Position numbers and translations under genes: made by a program. The notes below the pieces were generated by a model. That model worked only from the letters and a program-made list of their open reading frames with translations. It was not told the DNA's origin and searched no databases. Shown piece after piece: positions 54,575-62,873 of a stretch of DNA of 64,000 bases (within the stretch, counting starts at the first letter, position 1; each line of letters starts with the position of its first letter). Source of the stretch: a virus; IMG/VR virus record IMGVR_UViG_3300032516_000007, positions 1-64,000 of that record. One strand, written 5' to 3'.

Positions 54575-57387
54575 ATCACTTCATCAGCAAGACTATTAGG
54601 TACTATCATCCTTACTTACCAACTCACACCCTTCGTAAGGCTGAAGAGCCCGGTGAGTTCCGTGGTGGGGACCCCGAGGAGATGCGTCTGAAGAAGGAAG
54701 AAAAGCAAACTGAGCTAGGTGAATCTGGGGATGCTGGAGAAGATCAGGGTGGGGAAGAGCCAGATCCTGCCGATGTGGAGGAGGCTCAGCAGGCAGATCA
54801 GGATAAGTCAGAAGGGAAATCTGTCAGTATTGGGAAAGCGATTACCACAGCCATGGGTGCGGTTGAGGCTTCTCCATGGCCACCCAACACAACGGATTAT
54901 CCTTCCAAGGATCGGAATGGTAATCCAGTTCATGACAATGTGGACTTTCACTTTCGTGGGGTCAAACAGCCCTGGATTGAAGTGGGTCCCCCTCGTCAGG
55001 GTCCCAATCAGAAGAAGCCCTGGTCAGAGGTTCTGGGTCTTCCCCCATTGATGGCTCCTTCTGGACCTCCCTATTGGCGTCAGAAGCTTCTACAGGAACG
55101 AAGGGATGAGCTTGGGATGAGTCCCAGACCCAGGCTCATCGAACCTACTGATATGTACGCTATGCAGTCTGTGGCAAAGGCTTTCGATGATCTTCTAGAG
55201 AAGGCAAAGGCGACGCTTGGCGGGGAGTCTGCTGAACACCACCCATATATTCCTGGATATAAGGATAAGATCAAAACACCTGTTTCTTTGAATGTTGATA
55301 GCTTAGATCATGTTCCTGAGCATATAAATAAACATGTCTCTAAGATTGTTGGTCCTCATTGGAAAGATCATATTCATAGATATGTCAAAGAAGTTAACAG
55401 TGGGGAGGGTTTAAGTTTTACTCCTTCTCCTGTTCTTCGAGCTATGGAAGATTGGATGGGAGGTGGTGGTAAGTTTCCACATAAACGAGGGGCAGGGCAG
55501 GCTATTGTGTCCAATGATGTAAAAGCTTTGAATCATCTGACACAACGTGCAGGTCATGCTGGGTGGCATCGGTCTGGTGTAGTTGCTGGAGTTTTATCCA
55601 GGATGCCTTTGAATCATGAAGCTATCAAACATCAAACTGGTGGTAGTATTCCAACGCATCTTTATCGTGGTAGTATGTATGTTCCCCATGCGGCAAAGGT
55701 TGGTGATGTTTTTCATCTTTCTCCATCTTCATTTAGTTCCGGTAAACTTGTGGAGCCATTCAAAGACTATCCAGGGCTTATGAAGATGAGGTTACCGTCC
55801 AGAGGATTTAGTTTGGGTAATCACAGTTTGTGGCCAGAACGGGAGGTACTTGTTTCTGGTCATTATAGAATCCATAATATATCTTATCCTCGTGGTCGTA
55901 CTATGTTTCATGTTGAAGAGATTCCTCATGGTGAAGTTAATAAAGCTATTGAGAATCAATCTCAGCATGAAATGAACCAATTTATAGCTTCTCATCCTTC
56001 TGAGATGGTGTCTGCTAAAGGAGCAGAGGATATTGAGCATGTGGGGAGGGGACTTGGAAAGAGAATGGCTCCCTGTCCCTACGGAGGGGGAATCGAATGC
56101 CTTCGGCATGGTGGAGATGGTGCTGATGCTCATTACCCATCATTCCACCATAAACATGAAGATCAATCCCTGAGTCACGAAGATGTTCTCCATCAGGAAG
56201 CTGGAAAAGATCCTGGGGAACGAACACATAGCCTTAACCAGATGCAGAAGAAGGCTCTTGTTGGGCATGTGATGTCCAGGTACGAAAGTGAAGGTACAGA
56301 TCTAGATAACCCTGATACAAGATCGAAGTACATGAAGACACTTCGGCATATTCACGGTTATTTGGGTAAAGACGCAGAGTCAAACGCATGGAGAAAGAAA
56401 GCCATTTCGGAGTGGAAGTCCAAGATTAGTCAGTATCATGGTTCAGAGGATCAAAAGCCAGAGGGTCACCTGGCCATGGAAGCTGCTGAGAAGCAGATCG
56501 ATGTGACTTGTGATTTTTCAAGGGAAGTCGGTTGGGGTTCTACAGATAGTAAAGAGTCAGATCTTCCAGAGAAGATGTTGGAGCAAGCATTTGGTAGGCA
56601 AATGAGGATTAGTGACTTTGAGAGGGCGTATACTGTCGATGATGATAATCTAAAACTTCCAACTCCTGATGGTGGATATGGGGCAAATATTCATCACATC
56701 AACATTGTCGAAAAGGAACAGGGCCAGTACGAGATCAATGTGATGGGGTCTATTGATTATAGTTATGGTGAGGGTAGTGAGCGGGCAGCTACATTCGTTC
56801 GAGTGATTCACTGTTCTGTTGGTGGTAAGAAGAAGCAAGATCGTTTCATTATGGTTCACCATGACAAGATATTTGTGCTAGATGCTGATCATAGTAAGGT
56901 TGGTGGGCATCAGAACTCTGGATTGAGTACGGATTTTCTCAAGCATAGTGTTATTGAATACCAGAAATGGGGGGTTAATCAGATCACAACAAGTCCGCAC
57001 TGGGTGGGTAAGTACACTTGGGCTCGAATGGGATTCCAGTGGAATGAGGAGGCTGCTGCCACTGTGGGTCGCCATATGACCAAATTTTTGATCAGTCATT
57101 ATGGGATGGAGAAGAAGGCTGCTGCAAAATTGGCGGCTAAATTTGCTGATATGCCATCCAGATTTGCTGTCAAGACGCTTTCTAATCCTCAATTGACTGA
57201 AGATGGTCAGGCATTGTTTAGATCTTTCGAGAAGAGCGAGTACAGATGCAAGCCAGAGGAGGTTGGGAAGGCATTCCTTCTTAGTGATGGTGGTAACCAA
57301 GTTTGGATGAATGGGGGCATGGTGGACATGTCTCGGAAAACCAGTCCTAGTTACCGTCAATTGAGGAAGTATCTGGGTTTGAAGTAG
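54571..57387 (+). CDS. Multidomain protein: ADP-ribosyltransferase plus GNAT acetyltransferase
   Basis: ART R-S-E motifs LYRG, SSFS, EREVL; GNAT-like HQNSGLSTDFL...GKYTWARMGF. Confidence 0.75.
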   Translation: MNHFISKTIRYYHPYLPTHTLRKAEEPGEFRGGDPEEMRLKKEEKQTELGESGDAGEDQGGEEPDPADVEEAQQADQDKSEGKSVSIGKAITTAMGAVEASPWPPNTTDYPSKDRNGNPVHDNVDFHFRGVKQPWIEVGPPRQGPNQKKPWSEVLGLPPLMAPSGPPYWRQKLLQERRDELGMSPRPRLIEPTDMYAMQSVAKAFDDLLEKAKATLGGESAEHHPYIPGYKDKIKTPVSLNVDSLDHVPEHINKHVSKIVGPHWKDHIHRYVKEVNSGEGLSFTPSPVLRAMEDWMGGGGKFPHKRGAGQAIVSNDVKALNHLTQRAGHAGWHRSGVVAGVLSRMPLNHEAIKHQTGGSIPTHLYRGSMYVPHAAKVGDVFHLSPSSFSSGKLVEPFKDYPGLMKMRLPSRGFSLGNHSLWPEREVLVSGHYRIHNISYPRGRTMFHVEEIPHGEVNKAIENQSQHEMNQFIASHPSEMVSAKGAEDIEHVGRGLGKRMAPCPYGGGIECLRHGGDGADAHYPSFHHKHEDQSLSHEDVLHQEAGKDPGERTHSLNQMQKKALVGHVMSRYESEGTDLDNPDTRSKYMKTLRHIHGYLGKDAESNAWRKKAISEWKSKISQYHGSEDQKPEGHLAMEAAEKQIDVTCDFSREVGWGSTDSKESDLPEKMLEQAFGRQMRISDFERAYTVDDDNLKLPTPDGGYGANIHHINIVEKEQGQYEINVMGSIDYSYGEGSERAATFVRVIHCSVGGKKKQDRFIMVHHDKIFVLDADHSKVGGHQNSGLSTDFLKHSVIEYQKWGVNQITTSPHWVGKYTWARMGFQWNEEAAATVGRHMTKFLISHYGMEKKAAAKLAAKFADMPSRFAVKTLSNPQLTEDGQALFRSFEKSEYRCKPEEVGKAFLLSDGGNQVWMNGGMVDMSRKTSPSYRQLRKYLGLK

Positions 57388-57395
57388 GGTGATCT

Positions 57396-58688
57396 ATGCT
57401 TAATTTGTTCGATGATCTAATGAAGGCGGCCCGTCGGGTATCTCCATTCCCCGTTCCTCAAGGAATGACCCATGGAGATGTGCTTCGTCATCAAGCAATA
57501 CATGTTCACCGTGCCGGGGGTCTTCCATCCTCCAGGGAGCATCGATTAGCTCTACAGGCGAAACCATCACCTCTTACATCGGAGCATGTGGCAGAAACAG
57601 TATCAAAGAATAAACTTCTTCATCCTAAACATGTAACAGCATTGATTGATCATGCTCATGATCATTTTAGTAGATTGTTGAGGACGCCTGGAAGGATGAA
57701 TGAAGAATCTTACCATAAGGTAATGGAAACTCTTGGTGATGCTGTTAATGTTGCTCATGAGACTAAGCACCCAAAAAGAAATTCATTAAGGAACTTGCAG
57801 GCCAAAGCAATTAGGAATCATGTTGGTTCTTATTCTTATCCAGTAGTAAATACTAGATTCAAAAATATGGAAGGTGTTGTTTCGCATGTTACTCCAAATG
57901 GTTGGGCAGAAGCTAGAGAGAATACTCCAGCACACAAGTCAACTCTTGGTCATTACACTTTGCATAATGTATTCAAAGATAAAGTAAATGATGCTGATCA
58001 TTATTTACATGATTCTTTTAAGATGGATCATCCAGACTATACGTCTAAGGTTAACGATTCTGCTTTGGAATTTGAATCAGATATTAGTTCAAAAGAACAT
58101 CAAAGACGGAGTATTCAAAGTACACATTCTTGGCCACATAGGGTAACTGTATCGGGGGATATCGTTCACCATAGTGGAGGTTTGATTGGTCAATTTAGTA
58201 GAACTTTTGGAAGAGATGTCAATGGTGATCTTCGTGTAAATCATGATGGTCTGAGCTTAGATAAAGAACATCAGGGATATGGTATTTCTAAGGCTCTTAT
58301 GAAATCATCATTGGAGCACTATAGACAGATGGGAGTTAAGACTGTTCACGTTGGGCCAGCCGATGTTGGAAGATACACGTGGGCCAAGATGGGATTCCAT
58401 TGGGGTGAAGATGGGACAAGGCATGTCAAAAGGACGTTACCAAAGTTCTTAGTGGAGCATGGAGAGGATCCCAAGTCTGCTCAAGAGATTACTGATAGGC
58501 ATGCTGACAAGCCATGGGAGATAGCTTCTCTTCATATCGGCGGGAGGCATGTTGGGAAGAAGTATTTGTTAAGAGGAGATGTTTCTGGGCAGAGTGGACC
58601 ATGGGGGTACACTGGAGGTTCTTTGGAGTTGCATCCCGATAACCCTGGATACCAACATATCAGCAAATACGTTGGATTGAATAGGTGA
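57396..58688 (+). CDS. GNAT-domain putative internal head protein
   Basis: LDKEHQGYGISKAL...GRYTWAKMGF; N-terminal DLMKA. Confidence 0.75.
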   Translation: MLNLFDDLMKAARRVSPFPVPQGMTHGDVLRHQAIHVHRAGGLPSSREHRLALQAKPSPLTSEHVAETVSKNKLLHPKHVTALIDHAHDHFSRLLRTPGRMNEESYHKVMETLGDAVNVAHETKHPKRNSLRNLQAKAIRNHVGSYSYPVVNTRFKNMEGVVSHVTPNGWAEARENTPAHKSTLGHYTLHNVFKDKVNDADHYLHDSFKMDHPDYTSKVNDSALEFESDISSKEHQRRSIQSTHSWPHRVTVSGDIVHHSGGLIGQFSRTFGRDVNGDLRVNHDGLSLDKEHQGYGISKALMKSSLEHYRQMGVKTVHVGPADVGRYTWAKMGFHWGEDGTRHVKRTLPKFLVEHGEDPKSAQEITDRHADKPWEIASLHIGGRHVGKKYLLRGDVSGQSGPWGYTGGSLELHPDNPGYQHISKYVGLNR

Positions 58689-58693
58689 ATTGA

Positions 58694-59449
58694 ATGAAAC
58701 GTCCAATGAAAGAATCGGCTTACGATTTAACTGATCTTGTTGATCAGGATAAATCTGGTGATATTCACTATTCTACTGATGGTACTAGAACCATGAATCA
58801 TGAAGGGATGATTGATTGGGATCAAAGTACCGAAGCGATGGACCTTGGTGACAGTCATCCAGAGGACAAAGTTGTTTTCGATTACGATGGCAATGTGATT
58901 CATGATCCTGAAATGGAGGGTCAGGTAGATGGTGGAGACGAGGAGCCGGAAGCTTCACCAGAAGAGGAGCTTCCTGGTGATTCTAGAACCACGGGAGAAC
59001 CCACCAAGGAGCCTGCCATGGGAACTGAATCTCCAAATCCCCAGCCTACTCAACCGTTAATGGGGATAGCCGCTCAGGGGGGCCAAGAGGAGCCTCAGGA
59101 AGCTCAGGGGGAGCCCCAAGGGGGCCAGGAGACAACTCAGGGGGCTCAGGAAGAAGAGCAGACCCAGGAGGGTCAGGAGCCATCCCAGGAGGGTTCTGAG
59201 GAGCAGGGAGACCTTCTCTCAGTGGATGACCCTGCCCAGGCCCAGCAGCTCCTCCAGAACGCCGATAAGATGGACCGGCCTCACATGCTTCAGGTGGCTA
59301 AACTCATCTGGGGGGATGACTACGAGTTTGAGGACTGGATGACGGACGATTACGTGCGAGCAGACCTGAAGGGGTCACTCGAGGATGTTCTCGAGAGCCA
59401 TGAAGAGGGAGTTGCTCCTGTCGAAGGGGAAGACGAGGAAGAGGAGTAG
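58694..59449 (+). CDS. Highly acidic protein (scaffold-like?)
   Basis: D/E/Q-rich low complexity. Confidence 0.55.
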   Translation: MKRPMKESAYDLTDLVDQDKSGDIHYSTDGTRTMNHEGMIDWDQSTEAMDLGDSHPEDKVVFDYDGNVIHDPEMEGQVDGGDEEPEASPEEELPGDSRTTGEPTKEPAMGTESPNPQPTQPLMGIAAQGGQEEPQEAQGEPQGGQETTQGAQEEEQTQEGQEPSQEGSEEQGDLLSVDDPAQAQQLLQNADKMDRPHMLQVAKLIWGDDYEFEDWMTDDYVRADLKGSLEDVLESHEEGVAPVEGEDEEEE

Positions 59450-59456
59450 ACCGAAG

Positions 59457-62400
59457 ATGATGCTTCCTCTGTGGATCGATCTTGTCAAGGCACGCAAAGG
59501 TGAGCGTGTTGGGGGAAAGTATATCCACAGATGGTGGAACTCTGGTCAGAACAAGTGGAACTACAAGTATTCTGATAAGCCTCACCCCCAGCATGGAATT
59601 CCCTATGTGGCTACTTCCAGCCACACGATTGAGGTTCACCCATCAGTGAAATCTGAAGCCTCACCAGAAGAGGCGTTCCACCAGTCGGCCAGGGCAGAGC
59701 TGAAGCATGGGGAGGAGCAGAAGGCCACATTCAAAAACCCCAGTGGGGAGGTTCTGTTCACGGTCCACGTCAAGCCTGGGCTCGACAATCCTATCCATGT
59801 TGCCCCTCCTGGAACCCAATCAGCTCGGGGGGCTCAGAGGATGGGCAGTTTGCGCCGATTCGAGAATTGGTTTCGTCGGCGTATGACCACACAGACAGTT
59901 TATGATGCTCATGGTGATCCTTGGTTTGATGTGCGGCTTCGTGGTCAGAGTGGTGAGTATCATCGTGAGGGTAAGATTCTGAATCCCAGCGATCGTTTGT
60001 CAGTTCGCTACTACCCTGACAGTCCCTACAATCCCTATCCGAAAGAAGAGACAGCCTGGGTTCCAGGCCCATTTCGTCAGGGCAGCATGAATGAGTGGGT
60101 CAGAGGGGAACATCGAAAACAAAGAGTATCTGGGCAGCGTGTGAAACCTGCCAAAGTTTTTTCAAAGGATGCAAAGCGGCCAGCCACCACGATGCTGGAG
60201 CAGGGGACCATCACTTGGAAGCAGGTTTTTCAACCTAAGAAGGGAAGGGGTGGAAAGTGGTGGAAACGAGTTGCGACGAATCTTAGGAGTAAAGATCAAT
60301 TCTATTCTCGCATTATTCAGGAGCACTTTGGGTTGATTGTGAATCAGGCTATTCGTCAGTTGAAGATCTACTACATCACTGACAAAGATGGTCATCCAGA
60401 TCGAAGAGCAGTGGCTCAGCTACTTGGATACTATGGGGGACCTGGACGCAAGATGAAGGTTCAGGTTGATTCGGATTCTCCTACTCATCGGGCTGTTGAG
60501 AGAGCAGTCAATTCTTATGATCCTGAGAAGGGATGGAGATTCAATACCTACTTGGGTCACTGTGTGTGGTGGGAGCAATTCAAAGAGACCAAGAGGATTC
60601 TGGATCAGATAACTGCCCATAGAAAGCTGATCTCTAGAACTTCAGACAATGCTGGAAACATTCTGGATGAGATTAGTCTGACCCAGGCTGCTCCCGGTCA
60701 TGAAGCGATCATTGGGGCTGGGGTTCATTACCAGACAGCCGAGGAGCACGTATCCCAAGATCAGGAAGTAGTTCAGAATTGGTTGAATCGGCAAGAGGAT
60801 AAGTTGTCACGCTACGTTGTGGCTGAAGATGATCCTGATCGTCAGATGATAGCGTTCAATGCACTTCAGCATCTTGATGCAGTCAAGAACATCCAGCAGG
60901 CCATGGCTTTTGTGGTTCACTATCAGTCCTCGGGTGGTGATGGGTTCGCAGAGCCATTAGAGTCTCCTGAGGATCGCTCAGTGGAGATTGCAACGCCTAG
61001 GCTGACCAAGCAGGAGAAGCTTAACTGGGTGAATCTTGTCACTGAGCACCCAACTCTCACGAATCGAGAGAGGCATGCCCTCCTGGTGCTGGCTCCTACT
61101 GGTGATCTAACTGACATGGTTCCGTTCGATGAAGTTGCATCGAAACTAAACAAAGATCATCCAAAGGAGTTCCCGAGGGAGCCTAGGGTGAATGAGGTGG
61201 TGGACCTTTTCTTGGATGCCTACACGAAACTGGTTGGCTCACCGGAGTTTGAAGCCATGCAGAGGAAGCTGTTCGCTGTTGCCAAGGCTATTGGTATCCT
61301 GAGCAAGGGGATCAAACGGGGAGGGAAGGCTCAGGACTATGAGTACCTTCGCAGAGAGGGCCTGCCTGGTGGCTACAAGTATTTCTACAAGGAGCCTGGA
61401 ACCGAAAACATCATTCGGGGCACAAATGCTCCAGTGGATCATCCTCACCACGATGCGTCCCTTGGGGTGTCTCAAAAGCATCCTCGTGAGCCTGACCCCG
61501 TGAAAGACCCTCAGTATTTTGATCCTCGTAATGGCAGAAAACTCCACCGAGCTGCCCCTGAACATGCTGAGTGGAACAAGAACTACGGTCTGGAGCGTCC
61601 CCTTTCTGCGTGGGTAGCAAAGTGGCCCAAGGCAGATCCGAACAATCCTGATCCCGAATACGCCTACTACCATTCAGATCAGGAAGGTAGAGGGGATCTG
61701 AAGTTCCACGTTAGCAATCGTCATTTCGCTGTGCAGTTGCCCAAGGTGAGGAAACTCTATAGTACCTTGATGAAGAGTAAGGAATTCTCAAGTCGAGTTC
61801 TGGGATTGATGATCTCTCTTCTGGATCAGGTGTATATGCGTCCTGGTAAGAAACAGCATGAGGAGAAGACTGGACATGTTGGGCTGGTTACATTGAAAGT
61901 ATCCAACGTTGTGATGAAGGGTAATGTAGCTACTTTCTCTTATGTGGGTAAGAGGGGAGTGAACATTGTTCACAGTATCACTCTAGATCATCCAACTGCA
62001 AAGATCATGAAGGATCTGATCAAAGCTCCCGGTAAATCACCCAAGGACTATTTGTTCTCTGTTCCGGTCCAAGTTGGTAGGAGAGTCAAATTCCGGGATG
62101 TTGGTTACAACAAGTTGTCCAGGACCCTTGATGAGGCGGTTGGTGTCACTCCCAAGCAATTCAGGATCTATCATGGGACAGAGGCGTTCTCGAGGACGTT
62201 TGAGCAGCTCCTCGAGGGGGTCAAGGGAAGAGTAACCCCCAAGGTTCTAGAAGCACTCACTGAGCAGTCGGCCCTCGAGGTGGCAAGGATGCTGGATCAT
62301 TATGTTGGCAAGGGGGCAGAACAGAAACTTCACAGTCAGACGGCTTTGAAGAGCTATATTGATCCTGTAGTGGTGAGGTCTCTTTATCTCAATGCCCTTA

Positions 62401-62873
62401 CTCCAGATGTGAGCAAGGCATTCAAGCTTCAGGGAACTACAGAATTCCAGGGTCTCCCCATCAGCATTGAAAACAAGAAAGGATCAATTCGTAGGTGGTA
62501 TGATCCCCACGAGAAGAGGAATGGGGTTACTCCCATGCACTTTGATTATGGGTACATTCGTAGGACAGAGGGCATGGATGGAGATCATGTGGATGTCTAT
62601 ATTGGCCCCCACCCTGAGTCCACAATAGCGTTTGTGGTGCATCAGATGAAGGGTCCAGATTTCTTCGAGTTTGATGAAGATAAGGTGATGTTGGGATTCT
62701 CCTCTGCTGATGAGGCCCGATTGGCATACCTCAAACAGTACGACAAGCCTGGGTTCTTTGGTGGGATCACTGCTATTCCGATGGATCAATTCAAGGAGAA
62801 GCTGGCTCAAACCAAAGATCATCCGATGATGCTGAAATCGTTTGTGTGGTTTGGGAATGAGGTGCTTCAGTGA
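59457..62873 (+). CDS. Polyprotein: sigma-70-like factor, topoisomerase IB, inorganic pyrophosphatase
   Basis: Sigma2 AVNSYDPEKGWRFNTY, sigma4 LTNRER...FDEVA; TopIB MRPG, GKRG, KQFR, LDH, KSYIDP; PPase IEN..GS.R, YGYI, DGDHVDV, DEDKVMLG. Confidence 0.82.
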   Translation: MMLPLWIDLVKARKGERVGGKYIHRWWNSGQNKWNYKYSDKPHPQHGIPYVATSSHTIEVHPSVKSEASPEEAFHQSARAELKHGEEQKATFKNPSGEVLFTVHVKPGLDNPIHVAPPGTQSARGAQRMGSLRRFENWFRRRMTTQTVYDAHGDPWFDVRLRGQSGEYHREGKILNPSDRLSVRYYPDSPYNPYPKEETAWVPGPFRQGSMNEWVRGEHRKQRVSGQRVKPAKVFSKDAKRPATTMLEQGTITWKQVFQPKKGRGGKWWKRVATNLRSKDQFYSRIIQEHFGLIVNQAIRQLKIYYITDKDGHPDRRAVAQLLGYYGGPGRKMKVQVDSDSPTHRAVERAVNSYDPEKGWRFNTYLGHCVWWEQFKETKRILDQITAHRKLISRTSDNAGNILDEISLTQAAPGHEAIIGAGVHYQTAEEHVSQDQEVVQNWLNRQEDKLSRYVVAEDDPDRQMIAFNALQHLDAVKNIQQAMAFVVHYQSSGGDGFAEPLESPEDRSVEIATPRLTKQEKLNWVNLVTEHPTLTNRERHALLVLAPTGDLTDMVPFDEVASKLNKDHPKEFPREPRVNEVVDLFLDAYTKLVGSPEFEAMQRKLFAVAKAIGILSKGIKRGGKAQDYEYLRREGLPGGYKYFYKEPGTENIIRGTNAPVDHPHHDASLGVSQKHPREPDPVKDPQYFDPRNGRKLHRAAPEHAEWNKNYGLERPLSAWVAKWPKADPNNPDPEYAYYHSDQEGRGDLKFHVSNRHFAVQLPKVRKLYSTLMKSKEFSSRVLGLMISLLDQVYMRPGKKQHEEKTGHVGLVTLKVSNVVMKGNVATFSYVGKRGVNIVHSITLDHPTAKIMKDLIKAPGKSPKDYLFSVPVQVGRRVKFRDVGYNKLSRTLDEAVGVTPKQFRIYHGTEAFSRTFEQLLEGVKGRVTPKVLEALTEQSALEVARMLDHYVGKGAEQKLHSQTALKSYIDPVVVRSLYLNALTPDVSKAFKLQGTTEFQGLPISIENKKGSIRRWYDPHEKRNGVTPMHFDYGYIRRTEGMDGDHVDVYIGPHPESTIAFVVHQMKGPDFFEFDEDKVMLGFSSADEARLAYLKQYDKPGFFGGITAIPMDQFKEKLAQTKDHPMMLKSFVWFGNEVLQ

